This document shows, one piece after another, positions 1-11,699 of a stretch of DNA of 64,000 nucleotides; position 1 is the stretch's first letter; each line of letters starts with the position of its first letter. The translations under genes and the position numbers were made by a program. The notes under the pieces are model-generated. The model was not told the DNA's origin, did not search any database, and was given only the letters and a program-made list of their open reading frames with translations. Source of the DNA: Marsupella aquatica (Eukaryota; Plantae; Marchantiophyta); contig OZ316897.1 in assembly GCA_973895155.1 (NCBI GenBank), positions 21,303,455 to 21,367,454 of the forward strand. The letters run 5' to 3'.

Positions 1-1636
1 AGAGAAATGGCTGCAAACATTGCTGTCCTTACAATTTCTTCATAAGAAACATGAGTATAATGAGAGTGCTCTCCCCTCATGACACGTGGAATCCCCATAA
101 GGGGCATGTAAGGTAAGTGTAATCGGGCCGCCGCTTACACCCGCTTTACACCAAAAACAGGCCTTGGGAGAATGGGCATAACTTTGGCTAGAGGTATCCG
201 TTGGGGCCCAAATTTTTTTGTGCTGAGTTAGGGGAAGATAAGGCACCCCCTGGTGAAGGTGGAACCCCAGAAAAGTAATCACTCAAATATATTTTTAACC
301 GAGGCCACGAGGGAGTCCCGACAACTTGCAAACCAAAGTCGGCATAGGGGAATGAATACCAGATTTAGGGGCTGACCTTTCTTGCACCCATACCACTTGA
401 GTTAGGCTCTAGAGAAGGGTACTTACCTTTGGCCAAAGGTGTAAGGCCATCAAGTTAAGAAAAGTAAATATAGGGGGTAGTTTACTTAGGGTAGTAAAGG
501 GGTTACAAGTAAAATAAGGCCAACTTTGACTAGGCACAACTTGAGACTCACTCACTCTTTTTGCGAGCTTTCAAGTGGGTTGGTAAGCTGGTGAGGAGGA
601 CCATAAGTGGGAGTAGGTTTGGAAGTCAAAGCATACCACTCATGTGTGGCATATTCCAGGGCTTGGAAGGAGGCAAAATAGCAAGTAGTAGGGTGGGCTA
701 TGAACTATAGAGTTGGACTTTGTGTGTTAGGAGGACTTGGGGGAGGTATAGTTGGACCCCAGGTCAAGCTTGGTGTGATGTGGAAGGAGATAGTATATAA
801 GGAGGAAGTTTTCATTTGTTAGGGACCGGGAGTCTCATCTCTTAAGTGAAATCTCTACCTTGCCAAGGTAGGGCTAAGCTTGAGAAAGGAGAGGTGGTCC
901 ATGCTTAGTGTGGAGAATGTGTAGTGAACTTTTGTTGTAAAGGTGATGCAATAAAAGGAGACTTACCAATCTTCATTGTGACCATTAAGTGTGAGTGCAT
1001 TTGAAGTATATGAGAGCAAGAGAAGAGTCCATGCTATGGTATAATCTTGGTCTAAGCTTGAAGGGGATGTGCTAGTACAAAACCAAGGCCAAGGAGGCAA
1101 GGTTAAGGTATAGCATTACTTTGAGACTTAGAGAGGATTATAGCTTGAGGGTGGAAAGTACTTTGCTTGGTGTGTGGTGTTAACAAGAAGTAAGAACAAG
1201 AGGAAGAGTCCTTAGATAGAGGAGCCTTCTCTAGGGCTCAAAGGGGATGTGTGGACCCAAACCAAGGCCAGGGGGGCAAGGTTGAGGGGTAACACTACTT
1301 TGAGGGTCTTGAGGAGACTTAAGCTTGAAGAGGAAAGTACTTTGGGTTCTTGGGTGTTTGTGTGAGAATCTACTCTAAGGTGACAGCTTGGAGCGGAGAT
1401 CCCCCTTGCTGATCCTTGGAGTAGAGGAGAGGGGAAGGGGTGAGTACAAAAGTAGTCAAGGGGACTACCTCTCTAGAAGTGGAGAGTTGAAACTACTTAT
1501 GTATGGAGTGATTGGACATTGTAAGCACACTTCAGAAGTTTTGTCAATCCTTTGTGACCCTGGTATGACATGGAGCAGGTATTAGGTAGTCTTTTGGGGA
1601 GAAAAGCCGCTTAAGCTCCTTGGCAAGTGTTTGACA
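1..1636 (+). repeat. 5' LTR of gypsy-1 (partial)
   Basis: Matches 9329-10964 with no difference noticed by eye; identity stops after ...GTGTTTGACA. Contains an internal imperfect ~180-bp direct repeat (~1016-1165 / ~1196-1343). Confidence 0.95.
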
Positions 1637-1656
1637 TAGAGTCCCACCCTTGTTTT

Positions 1657-1674
1657 TGGCGCCGCTGCCGGGGA
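1657..1674 (+). promoter_or_regulatory. Primer binding site, tRNA-Asp type
   Basis: TGGCGCCGCTGCCGGGGA, one mismatch from the Athila-type tRNA-Asp PBS TGGCGCCGTTGCCGGGGA. Confidence 0.85.
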
Positions 1675-1780
1675 CAACTCTTTACAGTTTTTGTTGGAGT
1701 GGAGCCACAAGACTTGGAGGTGTGTTTGCAGGTTTGCTGTTCAAGAGAAGAAGGGAGATAAGAAGGTGATTGTGAGTGGC

Positions 1781-4700
1781 ATGCCCACTACAAGGAGTCA
1801 AGCACTAAAAGAAGCCTCTCTTAGTTTCAACTTTGGTGACCAGTTGGAGCAACCAGATTGGGTGGACATTCATTTGCAAGCTGAAGCGGAACCTGGTGTA
1901 GGGTGGAGTGATACATCTTCTTCCACTACCAACACAAGTGAAGATCAAGAAGCAGCCATGGTGGTGACTCAAAGAGCAAGATTTCAGTACAAGACATTCC
2001 ATGGCAAGCCCAAGGAGGATCCTGATGCTTGGTTGGAGGACTTCATTGGGACAGCCCAAGCCAATGGAGAGTTTGATATTAAGTTGACCACTTTGGCGGG
2101 GGTCTTGAGAGGAGAAGCAAGACCTTGGTTCAATAGCCTATCAAATGCCATCAAGAATGATTGGGATGCCTTCAAGCTAGCATTCTTGCAGGAGTTTAGG
2201 AAGGTGGGAGAAGAATCGGAAGCTCTGATCAAGATGGGAGAGATCAGAATGGGATCCAAGGAGTCAGTAAGGAGGTTTCTGCAAAGGTTTCAAAGGTTAG
2301 CTACCAAGCTTGACCCCAGACCAGTAGACTCCATGTTGTTGGCTTGGTTTGTGGCAAGCCTACCCAAGAAGATGGGTGTCTCAGTAAGGCAATCTCACCC
2401 TAATACGTTGGATGAGGCCATTGAGGCGGCTCAGTCTTATAGGAGTGCTGAGATCTCTAGTTCCAAGAGTAGGAGAAAGAAGAAGCGATTTGCTTATAGT
2501 GATTCTTCTTCTAGCTCAAGTGAATCAAGTAGTTCAGTTGAGGATACTTCTGAGTCGGAATCTGAGGAGAGTAGTTCCAGTTCTGATTCAGAATCTGATT
2601 CTGAGGAGGACTCCGAGAAGAAGAAGAAGAAGAAGAAGAAGAAGGCAAAGAGAAAAAGCGACCAGAAGAGGAGAGCCAGCAAGAAGAAGCCAGGTGGTAA
2701 GCACCACAAATCTGCAACCTTCAACTTGGTGGAAGGTTCTACACCAGCAACCAAGGAGAAGAAGGTGATGGATAACAAGATGAGTGAGATCACCAACCAA
2801 CTCAAGGCCCTATCAGTTCACTTTGCTGGTGTGCAACCTGATAGGAGAAAAGTGCCGGTGAATAGAGCCCATGTATGGTGTGTCAAGTGCAAGAGTTTTG
2901 GCCATACACCTCAAGAGTGTCAAGGTTGGAGGAATCAAGTTCAGTATGTCAATGAAGAGTCCAACGATGTTTATCAAGCAAGCGAAGTGGTGGACTACTT
3001 CTATGAAGAAGCCCCGGAGATGGTGTACCAGATTTCAGGAGGCCCAAGAACTTTGCAAGGAAGACCAGCTCCACCCATGGCACCTCAACTGATGCCTGGT
3101 CTTCAACCAAGGATGGTGGATCAAATGGGACCTCAAGGACCTGGGGGAGTGGCAAGAACTACCGTGGTGATCTGCTGGAACTGTCAAAAACCAGGGCACT
3201 ATTCCAACAGTTGCCCCGAACCAAGGAGGCAGGGACAAGGAGCTCCCTATCCTCTTTGTGCTGTGTGCAAAAGGGAGGGTCATACCACAGCCAACTGTCC
3301 TATTGGATCTGCTGCCAAGATGATGATAGGAAGGATAGAAGCACCACCACCAGCGGTTGCCAAGGCTCCCGGTGAAGCCACAGTGAACTTCTTGAGTATG
3401 GAGTGGCAAGAGGAGGCCAAAGATGGAGTGACACAAGTTGCTGGTGGGGAGAACCAGCCAGATCTACCAGGAATGGAGACACCTGAGGAGGAAGCTGTGT
3501 GTTACAAGGTGTCTACCAGGTCCACAAGAAAGAAGGAAAGAGTGGAAGAGAGGAAGAAGAGGAAGGAGAGAAAGGAGCACTCAACGGAGTCACCAATCGA
3601 AGTTGAAGTTGGAGCAGAAGTTCAAGTCCCACCAGCTGAAGATAGTGACTACAAGAGAGACCATCCGAAGCTCTTCTATCCCAAGGTGAATGAGGAAGTC
3701 AAGAGGCAACTAGAGGAGATGGAGGCTAAGGAGCATCAAGAGGCCATCAACAAAGACCTGAAGGTTGCTAAAGCTTTGAAGGAAAAAGCTGAGGTGGAAG
3801 AGAAGAAAGAGACCAGCAAGGTACCCTCTTATGACATCAAGAAGGATGTGAAAGATTGTTTGGTTACTGCTACAGTGGGGCAGCTGATCAAAGACAACCC
3901 TTTGTATAGGAGGCAACTGAAGGAGATGTTGGTAGGAAGGAGAAGAAGGAAGCTTCCAAAGGTTGGTACCCCAGCTGATGTGATGATGGTTTGTGAAGAC
4001 CTTGGAGCACCTGAGATTGATGTTCAAGTAAATGGGTGTGTACTCTCGTATGTACCAGTTGATGGAGGCTCAGGTGTGAATATCATGATTGAGGCTACTG
4101 CCCAACAACTAGGTTTCAAGAAACTTCAGCCAACAGCAAGGACAATGAGGCTAGCAAATGGAGCAAGAGTGCTACCGGTGGGGACACTTACTCAAGTACC
4201 TACTCTCATTGGGGGGCAGGAGTTCTTGTTGAATTACTTGGTGATGAGACCAGCAAGGCCATCTACTTACCCAATCTTGATTGGGAGGCCTTGGCTATAT
4301 GGAGCCAAAGTAGTGTCTGATTGGGGCAAGAAGGAGTTTAGGTTTGGCAAACCAGCCACTTCAGTTTCATGGGGTCATGACAAGCATCAAGGAGAGACTA
4401 CTGATGAGTTGGATGAATATGATTCTGAACTTTCCGATGAGTTGAGTACCAAATCTGAATCTGATGAGGATGAGGTATACATGTTGAACATGGTGAGCCA
4501 ATGGACTGAAGAAGAAGTGTTTGGAGAGGAGCAAGAGCAGGAGGCTCTTACCAGCCATTCACCTCTGCCCAGTCTCAGTGAAGTGACCAGTCTCGAGGAG
4601 GTGAAGCAGGCTGAGACCTCAGCCAAGGAGAGCAACCAAGAAGACACTATCACAATGGCTCAGGAGGTTGATCAGACCAGCAAGGGTGCTGCCCAAGTTG

Positions 4701-7700
4701 AGATCAAGACAAGGAGTAATGACCAGAGGTTAAAGGCTAAGCACTTAGCCTTGTTAAAGCTCAAGATAAAGGAGCTAGAGGACCAATTGAAGGCTGCAAA
4801 CTCAGAGGAGGATGAGACTCAGGAAGACCAGCATTCAAGCAAGGAGAAGGAGGAGTTAAGTGCTGAAAATGCACCCGTCTATGGAGGCATGAGGTTGGCA
4901 CAACTTGAGGGCACTTTTGACTCCACAATGAGGAACAAGATGGAGGTGATTCGAGCTGAGCAGTACAGAACCATCTCTGTCCAGCAAGACAAGACCTTCA
5001 ACTTGGGAAATGCCCTGGGATCAGGTGAAGAGAAAACTATCCAAGATTTGCTAGGTGAATATGTGGATGTGTTTGCTTGGAGTCACTTGGATCTTACTGG
5101 TGTAAACCCTGAACTTGGTGAGCATAGAATCGACTTGATGCTAGGAGCTTCACCTGTGAGACAAAGGCAATATCGGATGAATCCCAAGTACTCCTTGATG
5201 GTGAAGGAAGAGATAGACAAATTGCTGGAAGCAGGTTTCATCTATCCTGTGTTGAATAGTGAGTGGGTTTCTCCAATTGTCATAGTACCAAAGAAACCAG
5301 GCTTGGATGGTAAGCCTAAGATCCGAGTTTGCCAAGACTTTAGGAAACTCAATGAGGCCACTAAGAAGGACCACTATCCCATTCCATTTACTGATATGGT
5401 ACTTGATTTAGTAGCTGGTTGGGAAGTGTATAGCTTCCTAGATGGGTACTCAGGTTACAACCAGATTTGGATAAGGAAGGAGGACCAGTTGAAGACAGCC
5501 TTTACTACTGAGTGGGGGATTTATGCCTTTCGGAGGATGCCTTTTGGTCTTTGTAATGCCCCTGGTATGTTCCAAAGGTTGATGATGAATATCTTTCATG
5601 ACTACTTGAGAAAGTTCTTGGAAGTATTCATAGATGACTTTGCTGTTTTTGGAAGGGGGAAGGACCATGTTGAACATTTGAGGATGACCTTCCAAAGATG
5701 TAGGGAAGTTGGTTTGAAGCTTCACCCAGGGAAGTGCTTCTTTGGTGTGGAAGAAGGGATACTACTTGGCCACAAGGTATCCAAGAAGGGCATAGAAGTG
5801 GACCAAGAGAAGGTTGCTGTTTGGATGGCTGTCAAGTTTCCAACTTCAGTGACAGAGTTGAGGGGATTCTTGGGATGTTTAAACTACTATAGAAGGTTCA
5901 TTAAGGACTTTGCTAAAGTAGCTTTACCCCTAACCAGCATGCTTAAGAAGGGGGCTGAGGTTGAACCCTCAGTTGAGAGGCTAGCAAGTTTTCAGGAGTT
6001 GAAGAACAGGTTGGTTGAAGCCCCTATCTTGATAGCACCAGATTGGAGTAGAGAATTTCATGTGTATGTGGATGTGTCTGGCTTTTGTATTGGTGTGGTG
6101 CTTAGTCAACTTGATGACCAGAATAGGGATCACCCTATCTACTTTGCAAGTAGACTATTGGCACCAGCTGAAAAGAATTACTCACCAACCGATAGAGAAG
6201 CTCTAGGAATCATCTACTCTTGTAAGAAGTTTAGGCACTACTTGTTGGGCTATAAGGTGGTCTTTCATACTGATCACAATGCTCTCAAGTATATGGTGAA
6301 TAAACCTGATGTAACTGGTAGAGTGGCAAGGTGGATCTTGTTGCTCCAAGAGTTTGATTATGAGGTGAGGGTCAGGCCTGGTAAGAAGCATGGGAATGCA
6401 GACTTCTTCTCAAGGATTGAAGGAGAAGAGGACTTGAAGGAGGTGGATGATCAGTTTCCAGATGAAGACCTCTTTCATGTGGGAAGTGGAGGAGATACAT
6501 GGTATTTGGATATCATCCAATTTCTTCTCACAACCCGGCTACCAAGAGATTTGAACCAAGAGGAGGCTGCTGTTTTCCTGAGAAAAATCAGACCTTACTT
6601 ATTGGTGAAGGGTGTCCTTCACAAGGAAGGAGTTGATGGGAGACTAAGGAGGTGTTTGGAGAAGAAGGAAATCTCCATTGTGATGAGAGCTATGCATGAG
6701 GAGGAGGCTGGTGGCCATTATGCAAGTGCAACAACAGCAAGGAAAATTCTTGATGCAGGGTATTGGTGGCCAACACTTCATAAGGATGTAAGTCTTTTTG
6801 TGAGGGGATGTGACCCTTGCCAAAGGACAGGTAAGCCAGCTCACTCAAGGCATCACCCTCTTACCACCATCTTACCTCTTGCACCTTTTGAGAAGTGGGG
6901 TATAGATTTCATAGGTCCCATCACTCCTGTGACCAGGTCTAGAAGGAATCGATACATCCTTCTTGCAACTGATTATGCTACTAAGTGGGTAGAGGCAAGA
7001 CCAACCAGCAAGGATAATGCTCTCACAGTAGCAAGGTTCATGTATCAACAGATTTTTACCAGATTTGGGCCACCTCTAGAGCTGGTTAGTGATAGGGGGA
7101 CTCACTTCTTGAATGAAGTTGTGGAGGAGCTCACTAACCATTACTTGATTAAGCATAGGAAGACCGCCCCCTATCACCCCAAGGCCAATGGATTAACGGA
7201 GAGAGCTAATGGCATCATTGGCAAGATCTTGAACAAAACCGTGGCGGCACACAAGACTGATTGGGATGACAAATTATACTCAGCTGTGTACTCCTACAAC
7301 CTTGCTTTCAAGACCACAACCGGCCATAGTCCTTTCTACCTAGTATTTGGACAACACTCCCTTGTACCTGTTGAGTTTGAAGTGCCTACTTTGAGGGTAA
7401 GTGTGGAGGAGAGAATGGAGGCTGACCAGAGTTTAATGGAGAGAGCTTACCAGCTGGAGGAGTTGGAGGAAATCCGGGAAGAGGCAAGCAAGCAAGTGAA
7501 GAAGAAGCAAGCTCAAGTGAAGCAACATCATGACAAGAAGTTGAAGAAGCCAACTTCTTTACTTGCTGGACAACTGGTATTACTCTATGACAGTAGGTAT
7601 GCTCATTTTCCAGGCAAGTTGCATACTCGGTGGTTGGGTCCTTATGTTGTTCACCAGGTTTATGCTAATGGGTCAATTCAGCTTGCTACTCTTGAAGGAG

Positions 7701-7759
7701 AGGTGTTCCCTACTAGAGTGCATCATGATAGGTTGAAAAGGTACTTTAATCAGGAATAA
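1781..7759 (+). CDS. Gag-Pol polyprotein (gag, 3 CCHC knuckles, PR, RT, RNase H, integrase)
   Basis: Uninterrupted ORF (open from 1691; first ATG at 1781, MPTTRSQ). Motifs: CX2CX4HX4C x3, PR VPVDGGSG, RT FLDGYSGYNQI and FIDDF, RNase H YVDVSG...EALGI...TDH, IN H-H-CDPC, GIDFIG, SDRG, TERANG. No chromodomain. Confidence 0.95.
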   Translation: MPTTRSQALKEASLSFNFGDQLEQPDWVDIHLQAEAEPGVGWSDTSSSTTNTSEDQEAAMVVTQRARFQYKTFHGKPKEDPDAWLEDFIGTAQANGEFDIKLTTLAGVLRGEARPWFNSLSNAIKNDWDAFKLAFLQEFRKVGEESEALIKMGEIRMGSKESVRRFLQRFQRLATKLDPRPVDSMLLAWFVASLPKKMGVSVRQSHPNTLDEAIEAAQSYRSAEISSSKSRRKKKRFAYSDSSSSSSESSSSVEDTSESESEESSSSSDSESDSEEDSEKKKKKKKKKAKRKSDQKRRASKKKPGGKHHKSATFNLVEGSTPATKEKKVMDNKMSEITNQLKALSVHFAGVQPDRRKVPVNRAHVWCVKCKSFGHTPQECQGWRNQVQYVNEESNDVYQASEVVDYFYEEAPEMVYQISGGPRTLQGRPAPPMAPQLMPGLQPRMVDQMGPQGPGGVARTTVVICWNCQKPGHYSNSCPEPRRQGQGAPYPLCAVCKREGHTTANCPIGSAAKMMIGRIEAPPPAVAKAPGEATVNFLSMEWQEEAKDGVTQVAGGENQPDLPGMETPEEEAVCYKVSTRSTRKKERVEERKKRKERKEHSTESPIEVEVGAEVQVPPAEDSDYKRDHPKLFYPKVNEEVKRQLEEMEAKEHQEAINKDLKVAKALKEKAEVEEKKETSKVPSYDIKKDVKDCLVTATVGQLIKDNPLYRRQLKEMLVGRRRRKLPKVGTPADVMMVCEDLGAPEIDVQVNGCVLSYVPVDGGSGVNIMIEATAQQLGFKKLQPTARTMRLANGARVLPVGTLTQVPTLIGGQEFLLNYLVMRPARPSTYPILIGRPWLYGAKVVSDWGKKEFRFGKPATSVSWGHDKHQGETTDELDEYDSELSDELSTKSESDEDEVYMLNMVSQWTEEEVFGEEQEQEALTSHSPLPSLSEVTSLEEVKQAETSAKESNQEDTITMAQEVDQTSKGAAQVEIKTRSNDQRLKAKHLALLKLKIKELEDQLKAANSEEDETQEDQHSSKEKEELSAENAPVYGGMRLAQLEGTFDSTMRNKMEVIRAEQYRTISVQQDKTFNLGNALGSGEEKTIQDLLGEYVDVFAWSHLDLTGVNPELGEHRIDLMLGASPVRQRQYRMNPKYSLMVKEEIDKLLEAGFIYPVLNSEWVSPIVIVPKKPGLDGKPKIRVCQDFRKLNEATKKDHYPIPFTDMVLDLVAGWEVYSFLDGYSGYNQIWIRKEDQLKTAFTTEWGIYAFRRMPFGLCNAPGMFQRLMMNIFHDYLRKFLEVFIDDFAVFGRGKDHVEHLRMTFQRCREVGLKLHPGKCFFGVEEGILLGHKVSKKGIEVDQEKVAVWMAVKFPTSVTELRGFLGCLNYYRRFIKDFAKVALPLTSMLKKGAEVEPSVERLASFQELKNRLVEAPILIAPDWSREFHVYVDVSGFCIGVVLSQLDDQNRDHPIYFASRLLAPAEKNYSPTDREALGIIYSCKKFRHYLLGYKVVFHTDHNALKYMVNKPDVTGRVARWILLLQEFDYEVRVRPGKKHGNADFFSRIEGEEDLKEVDDQFPDEDLFHVGSGGDTWYLDIIQFLLTTRLPRDLNQEEAAVFLRKIRPYLLVKGVLHKEGVDGRLRRCLEKKEISIVMRAMHEEEAGGHYASATTARKILDAGYWWPTLHKDVSLFVRGCDPCQRTGKPAHSRHHPLTTILPLAPFEKWGIDFIGPITPVTRSRRNRYILLATDYATKWVEARPTSKDNALTVARFMYQQIFTRFGPPLELVSDRGTHFLNEVVEELTNHYLIKHRKTAPYHPKANGLTERANGIIGKILNKTVAAHKTDWDDKLYSAVYSYNLAFKTTTGHSPFYLVFGQHSLVPVEFEVPTLRVSVEERMEADQSLMERAYQLEELEEIREEASKQVKKKQAQVKQHHDKKLKKPTSLLAGQLVLLYDSRYAHFPGKLHTRWLGPYVVHQVYANGSIQLATLEGEVFPTRVHHDRLKRYFNQE

Positions 7760-7799
7760 GTGTGTTTGCGGGGACGCTGCACACTTAAGTAGGGGGCTA
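7757..7799 (+). promoter_or_regulatory. Hairpin and polypurine tract of gypsy-1
   Basis: TAAGTGTG...CACACTTA inverted repeat (7757-7787), then AAGTAGGGGG-CTA directly before TGTGGGA. Confidence 0.75.
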
Positions 7800-10700
7800 T
7801 GTGGGATGGCTCAGTGTCAGCTAGTGTAGAGAAACATGACATTCTTTCGTTTAGAAGAGGAAATAGTTAGGGAAAAAGTTTTAGTGCTATCAGAGTAGCT
7901 AGGTTTAGGGCACTTAAGTAAGAAGGGAAGCTTAGTAGAGGTAAGAGGGAATTTAGTTATGCAAAGTTATCTAGGGGTAAGCAAGTTACTATAGGAGGGG
8001 CAGGAAACTAGTCCGTCCTTAGTTATAATAGGCGACTAAGTCGGGACCAAAAAATGACCCGACACCGGACATCTTATTTTTGGCTGATATTTCTCCCATG
8101 GGTGCTGGGAGGTCCCTAGGGAACCCTGAAAAAGTATGAAGTCAAGTGGGGTCTTAACCTAGGAGTTATAAGTATTTTGGCAAAAATCAAAGTTACCAAA
8201 TAGCGGGTCCCGGGAAAAATAGCTGATGGGTAAATGTAGGGGTTCCAAGTTTGGAAGTGGGTTAAGTATGGTCCCCTCTATCCCTAGAAACTTGTGGGAC
8301 AACTTTGTCACACTTGGTTACTTTTTGGGAGCATCTCAAAGTTGAGAAGAATTTTGGAAGACATAAAGACTTGACCCTCTTTGCCTAATTTTAGAAAAGT
8401 TGTTATAGGGTTTTGTTTATATCTTAGTAAACCCGGACATAGTCCTATGTCCATAGAATCAGTGGAGCTACTCAGAAGTCCTTTTGGACTTATGTGTGAG
8501 TTTTGGAGGGGGGTCCAAAATCGCCCCAAAATGCTGTTTTTTCAAAAAAAAAAATGTATTTTTTTCTAAGTGTAAACCGCGTGGGCGACGATCACGCGGC
8601 GAGCACGAGGCAAGGAGGAGCGAGCACGAGGCAAGGAGGAGCAAGCACGAGGCTGGTGAGGACGTCAAGCACCGGGAGGCTGTCCAAAGGTGCTGCATGA
8701 TTACTTGAGGAATCAATTGAGCACAAGGGCGGCTGAATTGAAGGAAGGGCGGCTGAATTGAAATGGCTGCTGCTGATTGAAGAAGCAAGGGCTGTTGCTG
8801 ATTGAAGAAGCTATGGCTGCTGAGAAGGAAAAGAGCTATGGCTGCAAATTAGGATCGCTGCTGGCTTTGAATTGGGAAGGCTGCTTGCTGCTATGACAGC
8901 TGCACACTAGATTAGAGGTGCTCCTACTAATCAGGCACGAGATGCTCATGAGAATTGGCTGGCTGCTGCCTTGATGCTGCTGAATTGAATGATGCTGCTG
9001 CTAGCTGCGAAATTGCAAAGGTGGGCAGCTACGAAATTGAGAAGAGAGACCTGCTTGACTGAGAAGGAATCAAGCTATGGTTGCTGCTGCTGTGCTTCAA
9101 ATCTGCTGTTGTTGTGCTGTAAATGCGCTGATGTGACTGTGCTGCTAGCTGCGAAATTGACTGTGTTGCTAGCGGCAAAATTGAAGAGGTGGGCTAGCTG
9201 CGAAATTGACTAGGCTGGCTGTGAGCTATGGTGGCTGTGAAATTGAGGGGCTGGCGGCTGATCAGCTGGACTGCTGCACAAGAAAGAATCCAATAGAGAA
9301 TGCTGTGGTTTTAGATTGAATTCACGAGAGAGAAATGGCTGCAAACATTGCTGTCCTTACAATTTCTTCATAAGAAACATGAGTATAATGAGAGTGCTCT
9401 CCCCTCATGACACGTGGAATCCCCATAAGGGGCATGTAAGGTAAGTGTAATCGGGCCGCCGCTTACACCCGCTTTACACCAAAAACAGGCCTTGGGAGAA
9501 TGGGCATAACTTTGGCTAGAGGTATCCGTTGGGGCCCAAATTTTTTTGTGCTGAGTTAGGGGAAGATAAGGCACCCCCTGGTGAAGGTGGAACCCCAGAA
9601 AAGTAATCACTCAAATATATTTTTAACCGAGGCCACGAGGGAGTCCCGACAACTTGCAAACCAAAGTCGGCATAGGGGAATGAATACCAGATTTAGGGGC
9701 TGACCTTTCTTGCACCCATACCACTTGAGTTAGGCTCTAGAGAAGGGTACTTACCTTTGGCCAAAGGTGTAAGGCCATCAAGTTAAGAAAAGTAAATATA
9801 GGGGGTAGTTTACTTAGGGTAGTAAAGGGGTTACAAGTAAAATAAGGCCAACTTTGACTAGGCACAACTTGAGACTCACTCACTCTTTTTGCGAGCTTTC
9901 AAGTGGGTTGGTAAGCTGGTGAGGAGGACCATAAGTGGGAGTAGGTTTGGAAGTCAAAGCATACCACTCATGTGTGGCATATTCCAGGGCTTGGAAGGAG
10001 GCAAAATAGCAAGTAGTAGGGTGGGCTATGAACTATAGAGTTGGACTTTGTGTGTTAGGAGGACTTGGGGGAGGTATAGTTGGACCCCAGGTCAAGCTTG
10101 GTGTGATGTGGAAGGAGATAGTATATAAGGAGGAAGTTTTCATTTGTTAGGGACCGGGAGTCTCATCTCTTAAGTGAAATCTCTACCTTGCCAAGGTAGG
10201 GCTAAGCTTGAGAAAGGAGAGGTGGTCCATGCTTAGTGTGGAGAATGTGTAGTGAACTTTTGTTGTAAAGGTGATGCAATAAAAGGAGACTTACCAATCT
10301 TCATTGTGACCATTAAGTGTGAGTGCATTTGAAGTATATGAGAGCAAGAGAAGAGTCCATGCTATGGTATAATCTTGGTCTAAGCTTGAAGGGGATGTGC
10401 TAGTACAAAACCAAGGCCAAGGAGGCAAGGTTAAGGTATAGCATTACTTTGAGACTTAGAGAGGATTATAGCTTGAGGGTGGAAAGTACTTTGCTTGGTG
10501 TGTGGTGTTAACAAGAAGTAAGAACAAGAGGAAGAGTCCTTAGATAGAGGAGCCTTCTCTAGGGCTCAAAGGGGATGTGTGGACCCAAACCAAGGCCAGG
10601 GGGGCAAGGTTGAGGGGTAACACTACTTTGAGGGTCTTGAGGAGACTTAAGCTTGAAGAGGAAAGTACTTTGGGTTCTTGGGTGTTTGTGTGAGAATCTA

Positions 10701-10964
10701 CTCTAAGGTGACAGCTTGGAGCGGAGATCCCCCTTGCTGATCCTTGGAGTAGAGGAGAGGGGAAGGGGTGAGTACAAAAGTAGTCAAGGGGACTACCTCT
10801 CTAGAAGTGGAGAGTTGAAACTACTTATGTATGGAGTGATTGGACATTGTAAGCACACTTCAGAAGTTTTGTCAATCCTTTGTGACCCTGGTATGACATG
10901 GAGCAGGTATTAGGTAGTCTTTTGGGGAGAAAAGCCGCTTAAGCTCCTTGGCAAGTGTTTGACA
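7800..10964 (+). repeat. 3' LTR of gypsy-1 (~3.15 kb; start 7800 or 7815)
   Basis: Follows the PPT and ends TGACA; the distal 1636 bp match window 1-1636. The exact start cannot be fixed without the left flank. Confidence 0.85.
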
Positions 10965-11699
10965 AGCAGTGGAGATAGGAGCAGATGATTGTTGTCAATG
11001 CAATGATGCTTTATCTCAAGCCACACATCATCAAGAAGTTAGATCATGATTATGCGGATTGTGCATCATTTTTCAAGGCCCTAAGAGAGAAGTACTACCG
11101 GGAAGATGCGTCAAACCGGCTGTACAAGAAGTCTCTCTTGATGAGCCTGAGGCTCAAGGAAGGGAGCAAGCTGCAGGATCACCTGGATGAGTTTGACAGT
11201 CTAGCGGTGGATCTATCAAACCTGGGTAAGGGAGTTGAAGATGGGGATAAGGCCTTGCTTCTGCTAAGCTCCTTACCGTCATCTTATCAGGGCTTGAAAT
11301 AAGTGCTCTTGTATAGAGATTTGAAATTCATTTTGTATGATGAGGTGGTGAGCTCATTACTGTCTGATGATGCTCAAGAGAAGTTGGGTCAAGCACAGAC
11401 AGCATCTTCTTTTGGCACTGCGCTCAATGTGAACCGTGGAAGACCAGCGCAACGCACGAATGGGCAGAACAAATTTAGATCTACATCACGGGGGAGATCT
11501 AAATCCAGAGGGAAATCGCAAGAGAGGAAGCCTCTTGCATGTTGGAGATGTGGCAAGTCTGGCCACATGAAAAGGGATGGTCGAGTAAAGGACCCTACTG
11601 CATCAGCTAACGCGGCATCGAGCACACATGAGATAGAATTACTCGATGATGATGACATATTGTGATCCCAAGGTTATGCTCTCAACGTAGTGTCAAATC
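10965..11699 (+). pseudogene. Ty1/copia gag remnant (host element copia-A, piece 1)
   Basis: UBN2-type gag (HLDEFDSL...KALLLLSSLPSSY) and a degenerate knuckle CWRCGKSGHMKRDG, with in-frame stops. Confidence 0.85.

Larger units (their letters stand above)
1..10964 (+). mobile_element. Ty3/gypsy LTR retrotransposon (non-chromoviral, Athila/Phygy-like), left end outside window
   Basis: Bases 1-1636 recur at 9329-10964 (offset 9328). Between them lie a PBS, a single gag-pol ORF and a PPT. The right end ...GTTTGACA abuts copia gag sequence. Confidence 0.95.

Noticed and set aside
1691-1780. TTG start extending gag-pol to 2022 aa
   Set aside because: In a eukaryotic element the first ATG (1781) is the more likely start.
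8308-9610. Short ORFs in the gypsy-1 LTR as another LTR-internal gene
   Set aside because: They are short, arise from GCT-rich and 21-bp repeats, and show no similarity to the accessory protein of the other LTRs.
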